Shown: positions 1-9,369 of the stretch, in pieces
Position numbering within the stretch: position 1 is the first letter of the stretch
Layout: each line of letters starts with the position of its first letter
Assembly: GCA_944383035.1 (NCBI GenBank)
Contig: CALWOE010000002.1
Span: 1-45,876, forward strand
Direction: 5' to 3'
Source: an uncultured Clostridia bacterium
GTDB taxonomy: Bacteria; Bacillota; Clostridia; TANB77; CAG-465
DNA length: 45,876 nt
Position numbers and translations under genes: made by a program
The notes under the pieces: model-generated
Told to the model about the DNA's origin: nothing
Seen by the model: only the letters and a program-made list of their open reading frames with translations
Databases searched by the model: none

Positions 1-15
1 ACATTGTGCACTATC

Positions 16-55
16 AAAAAGCTAGAAATGTTGTATATCAACGCTTCTAGCTTTT
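16..55. terminator. Hairpin / probable intrinsic terminator downstream of the LRR pilin-like gene
   Basis: AAAAGCTAGAA...TTCTAGCTTTT inverted repeat with an inner GTTG/CAAC stem and A/T tails on both sides. Confidence 0.6.
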
Positions 56-71
56 AACTGTCAAATTTAGG

Positions 72-101
72 ATTATATATTATTTTACTAAAATTTTTCA
101 A
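72..101 (-). promoter_or_regulatory. Sigma-A-like promoter, homologous to the promoter at 2262-2291
   Basis: TTGAAA-N18-TATAAT; sequence nearly identical to 2262-2300. Confidence 0.4.
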
Positions 102-139
102 GTACTTTTTATATTTTTATAATTTATTTAATATTTATT

Positions 140-2044
140 TTATTCATCATATTGTATAACTCTTGTACCATACACTGCACTCCATGGTTCTCCTGCTATT
201 TCTCCTCTTTTTTTATGTATTATTATTTCTGTTAGATTATTTGTATTAATAAAAGCTGCTGAACCAATATTTTCAATAGTATTTGGTATTTCCAATCTAT
301 TAATACTATTACAAGAATAAAAAGCATTATCTGCAATATTTTTTATACCTTCTTTTAAAATTACTTCTTTTAAATTTGTACATCCATAAAAAGAATATCC
401 CTCAACTGTTTCAATGGATTCTGGTAAATCAGATATATTAGATATATTTTTACCAACCCAATATAACTTTTTAACACTTTTATCAACTAAATATTTATTA
501 TCTATCGACTTATATACCGCATTATCTTCCGATACTTCTACTTCTTTAACATAAATTAAAGCACTAGAACTAATATCAGTAACATTTTTAGGTATATATA
601 AATATTTTACACTACTTGGAATAACTCCCCACTGAGAAATTGATCTTAAACTTTCTGGTAATTCTATCGAAATAACTCCATTTAAAAAAGATCCTTCTAT
701 TATTTGTTTAACACCTTCTTTTACAATTACATTATCTGTTTTATTACATCTATATAGTATTTCAAAATTTTTACTATATAAATCATTGTCTAGACTTGTA
801 AAATATTGATTTTCACTATCTACTATCAAACTTTCATACTTATGCAAACCAAAAGCTGCACTTCCAATAGCATTAACACTTTTTGGAATAAAAATTTTTT
901 TTAAATTTGTCATACCCTGCATTGCACCAGTTCTAATAGTTTCTGTATTTTCATTAACTTCTAAACTGCTTATATTACCAGTTACTGAATAAAGTGTTTT
1001 ATAATCTTTAGAATATAAAGCATTTCCATTGAAAACAAAATTATTATTTTCACTTGTGTCTATATTATTTAAACTAGAACACCATTTAAAAATCCCAGTA
1101 CCTAAATATTTTAATGCACTGTTAAATTTAATATATTTTAAACTTGTGCATCCTGAAAAACAATCACCACCTAAATTCTGCAAATAATTTGGTAAAAATA
1201 TTTCTTCTAAAGACGAACAATTTGAAAATGCCCTTACTCCAAAATATGAAAGACTTTCAGATAAATTTATTGTTTTTAATTTATAACAGTATCCAAAACA
1301 ATCTGTGTCCATTCTTGTTATACTATCTGGCATTATTACACTAACCAAATTACTGCAATTATAAAAAGAAGATTTACCAATTACCTCAACACCATCTTCT
1401 ATTATTACTTCTTGCAATGATTTATTATTTGAAAATGCATTATCACCTATTTTCTTTACACTTCCAGGTATTATTACTCTTGTTAGTCCTTCTAAATTAT
1501 TAAATACTCCACTTGCTATTTCTTCTACATTATATGGTATTCTTATTGTTCCTGTACTATCTAGTAAAAGAAGATTACTATTTGCAGAAATAAGCACTCC
1601 ATCTACTATTTCATATGGGATTATTCCAATACCTAACTCTTTTGCCCAGATTAGTTTTTGTTCTACATCACCTTTGTAATATAACTCTCCTTTTATTATT
1701 TCGAACTCTGAGTAATATCCTTTCTTTGCTGTTGGTATTACATCATATATATCTTTTTCTTTTTCATTTGTTTTTGTATTATACGTTAATCCATTATCTG
1801 CTGCATTTAAACTTTCTATTTCAAATTTTCCCACAGACTGTGTAGCCTTTGTTTGGACAAACATTTCAAATTCTTCTTCTATTACTCTTAAATCATTTTT
1901 AAATACTGATTCATTTGCTACTCCAAATATTTTTCCATCTGTTATGTTATATAGTACTGTTGCTACAAGTATAATTATCACTACTATTGTTACTACTAAG
2001 ACTATTAAACTTATTCCTTTTTTATTTTCTTTTAAACTTTTCAT
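140..2044 (-). CDS. Type IV pilin-like N-terminus fused to BspA-type leucine-rich repeats (LRR_5); surface adhesin
   Basis: KKG/ISLIVLVVTIVVIIIL class III signal-like motif; many IxxxAFxxCxxLxxVxIP repeats; RBS AAGGGGG. Confidence 0.85.
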   Translation of the reverse strand: MKSLKENKKGISLIVLVVTIVVIIILVATVLYNITDGKIFGVANESVFKNDLRVIEEEFEMFVQTKATQSVGKFEIESLNAADNGLTYNTKTNEKEKDIYDVIPTAKKGYYSEFEIIKGELYYKGDVEQKLIWAKELGIGIIPYEIVDGVLISANSNLLLLDSTGTIRIPYNVEEIASGVFNNLEGLTRVIIPGSVKKIGDNAFSNNKSLQEVIIEDGVEVIGKSSFYNCSNLVSVIMPDSITRMDTDCFGYCYKLKTINLSESLSYFGVRAFSNCSSLEEIFLPNYLQNLGGDCFSGCTSLKYIKFNSALKYLGTGIFKWCSSLNNIDTSENNNFVFNGNALYSKDYKTLYSVTGNISSLEVNENTETIRTGAMQGMTNLKKIFIPKSVNAIGSAAFGLHKYESLIVDSENQYFTSLDNDLYSKNFEILYRCNKTDNVIVKEGVKQIIEGSFLNGVISIELPESLRSISQWGVIPSSVKYLYIPKNVTDISSSALIYVKEVEVSEDNAVYKSIDNKYLVDKSVKKLYWVGKNISNISDLPESIETVEGYSFYGCTNLKEVILKEGIKNIADNAFYSCNSINRLEIPNTIENIGSAAFINTNNLTEIIIHKKRGEIAGEPWSAVYGTRVIQYDE

Positions 2045-2071
2045 ATACCAAAATTCCCCCTTTTAAGACGC

Positions 2072-2107
2072 AAAAAAACCAATACTAGCTTTTACTAGTA
2101 CTGGTTT
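2072..2107 (-). terminator. Leader (attenuator) terminator upstream of the LRR pilin-like gene
   Basis: AAACCAGTACTAG-TAAAAG-CTAGTATTGG-T7; 13-bp stem with one G-U pair, ending 27 nt before the ATG. Confidence 0.85.
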
Positions 2108-2165
2108 ACATTTTTTACATTTTCTTCTATTTTTATTTTTCTTATTTTACATTTTTTACAAATTT

Positions 2166-2204
2166 TTACGTGTGTGTGTGTGTGTGTGTGTGTAGTCTTA
2201 TCAT
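2166..2204 (-). CDS. Leader peptide MIRLHTHTHTHT* containing the (AC)12 repeat (short, predicted OFF frame)
   Basis: AGGAG RBS 7 nt before the ATG at 2204; conserved in the second copy at 10798-10848. Confidence 0.75.
   Translation of the reverse strand: MIRLHTHTHTHT
2170..2193. repeat. (GT)12 / (AC)12 dinucleotide simple sequence repeat
   Basis: Read directly. Confidence 0.95.
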
Positions 2205-2261
2205 ACTTGTACTCCTTTTAGTTTACATATATTAATTTTATTTATTTCCATTTACATTAAA

Positions 2262-2291
2262 ATTATATATTATTTTAATATAATTTTTCAA
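2262..2291 (-). promoter_or_regulatory. Sigma-A-like promoter of leader cassette 1
   Basis: TTGAAA-N18-TATAAT; same position in cassette 2. Confidence 0.6.
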
Positions 2292-2298
2292 GTATTTT

Positions 2299-3603
2299 TT
2301 ATAGATTTATAAATTTTTCAATGTACTCTGCTAAGAATAAAGGAATATTTATGATCTTACCATCTTTTTTTAAATTATTCATTGAGAATCTAATTGCAAA
2401 ATTATTATCTTTTTTTTCATTATATCTAGTTAAACTTATATTATTTACATTTCTATTTGACTTTACTTCAATTGGTATAATATTATTTTTATATTGAATA
2501 ACAAAATCTATCTTATGCCTATCAAAAGTATAATAATTTGGAACCGTATCAAATGTACTACATAATGTATTTAAGATATAATTTTCAGTAAAAGCACCTT
2601 TAAATTCTTCAAATAATTTATCTTTTTGAACTATTATTCTGCTATCTAAATTAGACATTTTTCTAAGTAATCCAATATCATTCATATAAATTTTAAAAGA
2701 GCTTAAATCATTATATGCTTTTAATGGAAAATCTGTTTTTGAAACATTATATATCTTATAAATTAAAGTTGCATCATTTAACCAGTTTAATGCTTCTTCA
2801 TATTCTCTTGCTCTTGCTCCTTTTTTAATAACTTGATATAAAAATTTTTTATTGTCTTTAGAAAGTTGGGATGGAATATTATTCCAAATCAAAGATATTT
2901 TATTAGCTTCACTTTTTTGTGTATGTTTTGAAAAATCACTCTCATATGCTCTTAATATATTATCCTGAATTTGATTTACAATTTCGAGATTTTTCTCATT
3001 TACCCAAACATTTACTGCTTCTGGCATTCCACCTATTATAAAATAAACTTTTAACTTTTCTTCTAACTGATTAAAAAAAATTTCCGGTATATTATCTATC
3101 CTATTTAAACTTTTCATATATTCTACTAAATTATCACATCTATCAGCGTACAAAAATTCACTAAACGTCATAGGATACATATTTAAAAATTGCACTTTTC
3201 CAACAGGGAAAGCTTCTTGAGATAATCTTATACCAAGTAAACTTCCAGCACATGCTATATGATATTCATTCACTTCTTCATTAAAATATTTTAAACTGTT
3301 CAGAGCATTAGGACACTCTTGGATTTCATCAAAAATAATTAAAGTTTTTTCCGGAAGTATAGCCTTACCATAAATAAAGGATAATTGCTCTAATATTCTT
3401 TTAGGATCTTTAGTATTACGAAACAAATCAAATAAATCATTATCATGATCAAAATTAAAATAAGCTACTCCTTCATATTCTCTATTTCCAAATTCTTTTA
3501 ATATATATGTTTTTCCGATCTGTCTAGCACCTTTTAAAATTAATGGCTTTCTATATTTACTATTTTTCCATTCTATTAACTTTTGCATTATTATTCTCTT
3601 CAA
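2299..3603 (-). CDS. AAA_14-family ATPase with C-terminal DUF4143 (PD-(D/E)xK-like) domain
   Basis: Walker A GARQIGKT, Walker B IIFDEIQ, C-terminal IDF...PIEVKS; likely TTG start at 3603 after GAGGTG (track start 3621). Confidence 0.85.
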   Translation of the reverse strand: MKRIIMQKLIEWKNSKYRKPLILKGARQIGKTYILKEFGNREYEGVAYFNFDHDNDLFDLFRNTKDPKRILEQLSFIYGKAILPEKTLIIFDEIQECPNALNSLKYFNEEVNEYHIACAGSLLGIRLSQEAFPVGKVQFLNMYPMTFSEFLYADRCDNLVEYMKSLNRIDNIPEIFFNQLEEKLKVYFIIGGMPEAVNVWVNEKNLEIVNQIQDNILRAYESDFSKHTQKSEANKISLIWNNIPSQLSKDNKKFLYQVIKKGARAREYEEALNWLNDATLIYKIYNVSKTDFPLKAYNDLSSFKIYMNDIGLLRKMSNLDSRIIVQKDKLFEEFKGAFTENYILNTLCSTFDTVPNYYTFDRHKIDFVIQYKNNIIPIEVKSNRNVNNISLTRYNEKKDNNFAIRFSMNNLKKDGKIINIPLFLAEYIEKFINL

Positions 3604-3661
3604 ATTAGCACCTCTATTCATTACTTATTATATTCATATTTATTAATATTATACTCCAAAA

Positions 3662-3740
3662 ATCACACTTTTGCAACTAAATTTTATTTTTTTATCACAC
3701 TTTTGCAAGTTGTTTTTCAAAATTTATCACATTTTTGCAA
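3662..3740. repeat. Three 15-bp direct repeats ATCACA(C/T)TTTTGCAA with an exact 32-bp period
   Basis: Copies start at 3662, 3694 and 3726. Confidence 0.85.
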
Positions 3741-3786
3741 ATTTAAAAAAATACTAGTTTCTCTAGTATTATTTTTATTAATTTAA

Positions 3787-5014
3787 TTACAAATCTAATT
3801 CATCTATATTTTTTATTTCATTTTGCTTTTGAAATTGTTTTCTTTTTGACTGTTCTATATACTCTTTTGAATTATTTGTCATATTGTTCATATAATCTTT
3901 GAATTGTTGTTTTTTTAAATTTTCTTTTTTATTTTGCTGTATAATATCTTTTTTATCTTGATTATCCTTACTTTTTTCTCTTTTAAATTTTTCCTTGATT
4001 GTTTCTTTTAATTTTTGAAACCAACTTTTTTTATATAATGTTGGTAACTTTTTTATATCTTGTTTATCGTTTTTTTGTCTACTATTTCTCCAATTTTGAA
4101 TATAATTTTCTTGATATTTTTCCAATATTTCAGGATATATCTCGTTTTTAAATTTTAATGGCAGTTTAGACGCAAACTCTTCAGAACCAGTTGTTTTTCC
4201 GCCATTGATATAAAAAGATAACTCATAAAGACGTTGCATAGTTTCCTCTGATAAATTATTTGTATTAATTGCTGATTCAATTTCATCTTTAAAATACTTA
4301 TCAAAAAGTATTGATTCTACATTAGAAATATTTTTATCTAATTCAATAATTTCTTGATCACAATTTACTTTCTCTTTTTCACTAATTGTTTTTTCATCTT
4401 GATAAATTTTATCTACTAGAGTCATTAATTGTATAGATTCTGCTTCATTCATTTTTAGTATTTTAGCAACATTTCTCTTATATCTCCTTTACAAAATTTC
4501 ATTACAGTTTCTTCACCTAAAGCCAACTCTAATATTTTAATAATATCTTTTTCAGCAGGATAAGATTTTTCACCATATCCTGCTTTTTGACAAATCCATT
4601 CAGTTAATCCTTCATTGAATCCTCTACCAAGTTCTTGTCCATTATTATAGAATTCTAATACTCCAGTTCCATCTTCAATATTAATTTTTTACATTCTTCT
4701 TTGGTTCTTTTAAAAATTGCATGAATTGATTCGTGCAATATAAGATGTTTTAACTTTTTATTATTTTCAATATCTGTCACTGTTAATCGTTTACTAAAAT
4801 TATTTCCATAAAATAATGTTATGCAAGAATTTTGTACATCATATAATGCTTTATTAATATTATCGTTAGATATATCAATGTTTACTTTTTTTACATTTTC
4901 TTCTAATTTTTCTTTAACAAATTCTTTTCCATAAACTTTAGAAAAAGATTTACATTCATTTAATGTATTTTCTACAAAATTTATAAGATATTGCCTAACT
5001 TCCTTATTTTCCAC
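3787..5014 (-). pseudogene. Single HExxH (gluzincin-like) protein gene broken by two frameshifts (near 4680 and 4472); pseudogene or consensus error
   Basis: HESIH in 4655..5014; the shifted middle frame reads NIEDGTG...GRGFNEGLTEWICQKAGY...SYPAEK, then joins 3787..4452. Confidence 0.65.
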
Positions 5015-5128
5015 TTTTAAACATAATTCTCCTTGTATTATTTAATAGTATTATACCATAAAAATATTAAATAAAACAATAACTTAAAATTTAGAAATTT
5101 AAAGTATTTATTATAATTTATATATTTT

Positions 5129-6100
5129 TTATATATTAAAAAAATAATCTTTTAATATATCTTTTACTTCTAAAATACTATTTGCTCTATTTACTTTATC
5201 TTTTACTTGTGTACTTGATTTCATACCTTTTAAATACCAAGCAATATGCTTTCTTAATTTCAAATTAGCTGTTTTTTCATCATCAAATTCAAGAGCAAAT
5301 TTTATATGTTCTAAAATCATTTCATATTTTTCCATAGGTGTTGGGATATAATCTTTCATATTTAAAATACTTTTAAATATCCATGGATTACCAAGTGCAC
5401 CTCTTCCAATCATTATACCATCACAATTTGTTTTTTCAAACATATTTATTGCACTTTTTACATCTACAATATCTCCATTTCCTATTACTGGTATTTTTAC
5501 ACTTTCTTTCACTCTACGTATAATGTCTAAATCAGCTATACCAGAATAATATTCATTTCTTGTTCTGCCATGTACAGTTATTTGACTTACTCCATTATTC
5601 TGAGCAATTTTTGCTACTTCTACAGCAGTTATATGTTCTTCATCAAATCCTTTTCTTGTCTTTACAGTAACTATTTTCTTTGATACTTTTACCGCTTCAT
5701 TTAATATTGAATCTATGTTTTTTAAATCAAGTAATAATCCAGCGCCATCACCATTCTTTACTAGTTTTGGGGCTGGACATCCCATATTTATATCTATTAT
5801 ATCAATATCGTCATTTTCATTTATCCATTTTATCATATTAGAAATACTATCTTTATTACTACCAAAAATTTGTACAACAGATGGTCTTTCATTTTTATCT
5901 ATTTGCATTAATTTAATTGTTTTTTGACTTTCATATTCCATTGCTTTACTACTTGCCATTTCTGTATATGTAAGACCTGGATTAAACTTTCTACATATTC
6001 TTCTAAAAGGAATATCTGTTACTCCAGCCATTGGTGCAAGATAAACATTATTTTGTATATTAATATTTCCAATTTTTATACTTTTTATATAACTATTCAT
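5129..6100 (-). CDS. dusB: tRNA-dihydrouridine synthase B
   Basis: LAPMAGVTD, DINMGCP, HGRT, NGDI and MIGRGALGNPW motifs. Confidence 0.93.
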   Translation of the reverse strand: MNSYIKSIKIGNINIQNNVYLAPMAGVTDIPFRRICRKFNPGLTYTEMASSKAMEYESQKTIKLMQIDKNERPSVVQIFGSNKDSISNMIKWINENDDIDIIDINMGCPAPKLVKNGDGAGLLLDLKNIDSILNEAVKVSKKIVTVKTRKGFDEEHITAVEVAKIAQNNGVSQITVHGRTRNEYYSGIADLDIIRRVKESVKIPVIGNGDIVDVKSAINMFEKTNCDGIMIGRGALGNPWIFKSILNMKDYIPTPMEKYEMILEHIKFALEFDDEKTANLKLRKHIAWYLKGMKSSTQVKDKVNRANSILEVKDILKDYFFNI

Positions 6101-6277
6101 TAAATTCTCCTTAATTTTAAATTACAAATGTATATTTATATAATACAATAAAAAGTTCAAAAAATCAACTTTGCTTAACTAAAAAATTACATAAAATTAT
6201 ATATACAAAAAAAGAAACGTTATTTTAACGTTTCAAAAAATTTCAACAAAAACCAAATTATAAAGAAATTATTTAAA

Positions 6278-6751
6278 TTAAATATTTTCTTTAATAACAA
6301 TACATAGCTTATCATTTTGCAATTTACAAACACAAATCCTATCACTAAATGTTTTTTTTCTTCTAACAGGATCTTCAGATATAAAATCCGTTTTTAAAAC
6401 ATATCCATTAAGATAAGTTCTATACAAAAGATAACCTTTAATTTTTTCATTAACCTCTGGTGTTTTATTTGAAAAAATAATCCATATTTTATTAATTTCA
6501 GAATCTTTTACAACTAAATAATTACTTTTTGATTTTGTTGTAATTTCAAAAATACTATTTTCAAACATAGGTGTTAATTTTATTACTGGTGATGTTTCTA
6601 TTCCTTTTATTTTTACCGTTTTATTTATTAGTATTGGATACACACCAGATACACTCTTAAGTAAATTATTAGTTCCAAAACTTGATTCTTTAACAAATAT
6701 AACCTTATCTTTAACATTTTCATTAATAGGTTTTACATTACTACTATTCAT
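6278..6751 (-). CDS. Hypothetical protein
   Basis: 157-aa ORF with AGGAGG RBS; no family recognised. Confidence 0.65.
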   Translation of the reverse strand: MNSSNVKPINENVKDKVIFVKESSFGTNNLLKSVSGVYPILINKTVKIKGIETSPVIKLTPMFENSIFEITTKSKSNYLVVKDSEINKIWIIFSNKTPEVNEKIKGYLLYRTYLNGYVLKTDFISEDPVRRKKTFSDRICVCKLQNDKLCIVIKENI

Positions 6752-6921
6752 ATTAATCCTCCTAGCATTTTCCTGTCAAAATAATCTAATGACATATTTA
6801 TTATTTAACTAAGATATTATAGCATAAAAGCAAATATTTATCAACACTTTTAATAATTTAAATTCACATAAAAATATAATAAAAAAATTTGGTTAAACTA
6901 ATTAACCAAATAAATTTAAAC

Positions 6922-7941
6922 TTATTTTAAAATTTGAGTTAAAGTTGCACTATTATTTTTTAAATCGAAAACACCATAACTCCCATTTATCATTAAAAAT
7001 TGTGGTGGCACATGACCAATATCAACATCATATATAACTTCTATATTTAAATCTAAAAGTGCTTTTTTTAAAGCTGTTATATAATCAAAATCATACACAA
7101 TTTTATTTGCAAATGTTCTACCTATTAAAATTCCATTTACGTTATCAAAGTATCCAACGTTTTTCATCTGTATAAGTCTTCTATATAACTCTGTAACTGA
7201 TAATTCACAATTATCTATATAAAATATTATACCTTCTTTAAAACTATTACAAAAATTAATTGTATTATCATATTTTGTTCCAATAAGTTGAGTTATAACG
7301 TCTATACAACCTCCAAGTATTCTGCCTTCTATATGAATATTTTTATTTCCACTTAAAGTTTTATATTCTACTTTTTCATCTAAATTGTATGTAATAAATC
7401 CATTAGAATCATCTGTATATGAATTTTGAAACCTGTCAAAACTTTTTTGAATAAATTTATTATCTTTAAAACTACCAGTTAAAAAATTTATATTATTAAT
7501 TAAACATTCATGATAATTTTGCATTGCAAATTCACCAATATTTTCCCCATTTAAAGTGGCTAAATTATAATTTGTTGTAAGATAAAAACAAAGAAGAGAG
7601 TTATCCGAAAAGCCTTGAAAATATTTTGAACTATTCATAAAAACATCTTTATTTTCATTAATAAAAGGTAAAATATCTATTAAAAATTCTCCACCCCTTG
7701 CAGATATTATCATATCTATATCATCATTACTAAAAAGTTCTATAAATTCCTCTGCTCTTGTTTTTCCATCAGCACTTACTAAATATTTTGAATTTCTAAC
7801 ATTTCCTATTTCAAATATATTAAATCCAAATTTTTTTAAATTATTTTCGGCATTATCAATTCTTTCTAAATTTGCACCATCACTTGGGGCACAAATACCT
7901 ATAGTTGACCCATTTTTTAAAAATTTACCATACCTTATCAT
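6922..7941 (-). CDS. Peptidase S66 family (LD-carboxypeptidase / MccF-like)
   Basis: IGICAPS, ARGG, GFSD nucleophile motif, GGC, DIGH. Confidence 0.9.
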   Translation of the reverse strand: MIRYGKFLKNGSTIGICAPSDGANLERIDNAENNLKKFGFNIFEIGNVRNSKYLVSADGKTRAEEFIELFSNDDIDMIISARGGEFLIDILPFINENKDVFMNSSKYFQGFSDNSLLCFYLTTNYNLATLNGENIGEFAMQNYHECLINNINFLTGSFKDNKFIQKSFDRFQNSYTDDSNGFITYNLDEKVEYKTLSGNKNIHIEGRILGGCIDVITQLIGTKYDNTINFCNSFKEGIIFYIDNCELSVTELYRRLIQMKNVGYFDNVNGILIGRTFANKIVYDFDYITALKKALLDLNIEVIYDVDIGHVPPQFLMINGSYGVFDLKNNSATLTQILK

Positions 7942-7958
7942 AAATTCACCATACCCTA

Positions 7959-8525
7959 TTATGAAATCGCTATTTTATCAATATCAATACTTTTTAAAAG
8001 ACCTTCATATACTTTATCTGTCTTTATGCTTAATTTTTTATCAAGAACACCTGGAGATATAATTGATGGATCTTCATGTATTTTTAATATTCTACTATCA
8101 ATTAATACTCTTGTTACAAACTGTGAACAGAAAAAGTAATTTTTTCTACTAAATGACTTTTTAAAAACAGGACATAATATACCTAAGAAATTATATCTTA
8201 AAAGATAATGTCTATTTTTATATTTTTTTAATATTTTACATATTCTTTCATACTTTTTATTATCTAATCTTATTTTATATATTTTGCATTTAACATGTTT
8301 TAATCTACCATAAACTCCAGTATTAAAATTTTCTTCTACAAATCCAGCATTAAAAAAGTTATACTTTGCTTTCCTTGCAAAACTATATAAATGTTCTAAA
8401 TTTCTATCGAGAGAAATAGAAACATGTGTATATTCATATCTTGTAAATATTCTAATTAACCTTGATGGGATTGTACCTGTATGTGTAAGTACAATATATA
8501 CAACACGTTCTTCGCTTTTTTTCAT
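7959..8525 (-). CDS. Permuted papain-like (YiiX/YebB-like NlpC/P60) protein
   Basis: YTHVSIS near the N-terminus and FFCSQFV near the C-terminus (His-before-Cys order). Confidence 0.65.
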   Translation of the reverse strand: MKKSEERVVYIVLTHTGTIPSRLIRIFTRYEYTHVSISLDRNLEHLYSFARKAKYNFFNAGFVEENFNTGVYGRLKHVKCKIYKIRLDNKKYERICKILKKYKNRHYLLRYNFLGILCPVFKKSFSRKNYFFCSQFVTRVLIDSRILKIHEDPSIISPGVLDKKLSIKTDKVYEGLLKSIDIDKIAIS

Positions 8526-8552
8526 TTAAATATATCACCTCTATAAATTATA

Positions 8553-9284
8553 TTAATCTAACTCGTATATTATAATAGACAATAAGTAAATTACAGCAGT
8601 TTCTGCTCTAAGTATTCTAGAACCTAGACTTACTGGTAAAACATTTTGAAGATTAGATATTTCTAAGGCTTCTTTTTTTGTAAATCCTCCTTCAGGTCCA
8701 ATAATTAAAGATACATTTTTAGTTTCTTCTTTTTTTATTTTATAAATAGCATCCTTTAGGCTTGTCTTTTCATTTTCATAAGCAAATAATATATTTTTAT
8801 CATTAGCTAACATATTAATGAAATCTTTATATGTCAAAATGTCACAAACTTCAACTGAATCTGTTCTACCACATTGCTTACATGCTTCATTTGCATAAAT
8901 CTTAAATTTTTCTTTTCTTTTAATAAAATCTTTTTTATCAAGCTTTATAACTACATTTTCACATATAAAAGGAACTATTTTTTTAACACCAACTTCAACC
9001 GCTTTTTTTATAGCTATTTCCATATTTTCTTTTTTAATTAAAGCTAAATATAATGTTGTATTTATATTTGGTTCCCCAACTTTTGGTGCGACATCTATGA
9101 ATTTTAGAGTTATACTATCTCTTTTCATTTTAATTATTTCATAAATATTTTCATTAACAGTAATTTTATCTCCAATATTATGTCTTAAAACTTGTATATG
9201 CTTTACTTCTTTACCAATTATCAAAAAAACATCTTTATCTTTTTTTTCTATATTATTATCATCTACTATAAATCTTTTCGCCAT
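8553..9284 (-). CDS. rsmE: 16S rRNA m3U1498 methyltransferase
   Basis: HIQVLR, EACKQCGR, IIGPEGGF, LGSRILRAETA; start at 9284 after AAAGGTG. Confidence 0.93.
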   Translation of the reverse strand: MAKRFIVDDNNIEKKDKDVFLIIGKEVKHIQVLRHNIGDKITVNENIYEIIKMKRDSITLKFIDVAPKVGEPNINTTLYLALIKKENMEIAIKKAVEVGVKKIVPFICENVVIKLDKKDFIKRKEKFKIYANEACKQCGRTDSVEVCDILTYKDFINMLANDKNILFAYENEKTSLKDAIYKIKKEETKNVSLIIGPEGGFTKKEALEISNLQNVLPVSLGSRILRAETAVIYLLSIIIYELD

Positions 9285-9338
9285 AAATTCACCTTTAATT
9301 ATAATATTATACAATAATTTTACAATTAATTCAATAAT

Positions 9339-9361
9339 AGCTACACTAAAAGTGTAGCTAT
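9339..9361. terminator. Hairpin downstream of the DUF285 pilin-like gene
   Basis: TAGCTACACT-AAA-AGTGTAGCTA perfect inverted repeat. Confidence 0.55.
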
Positions 9362-9369
9362 ATTAAACA

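Noticed and set aside
2166..2204. His/Thr-rich leaders as amino-acid-sensing attenuators (his/thr type)
   Set aside because: HT is simply what (AC)n encodes in any frame. The downstream genes are adhesins, no antiterminator helix is apparent, and the conserved feature is the frame relative to the terminator.
3662..3740. Mini CRISPR array
   Set aside because: 15-bp repeats and 17-bp spacers are too short, and no cas genes are present.
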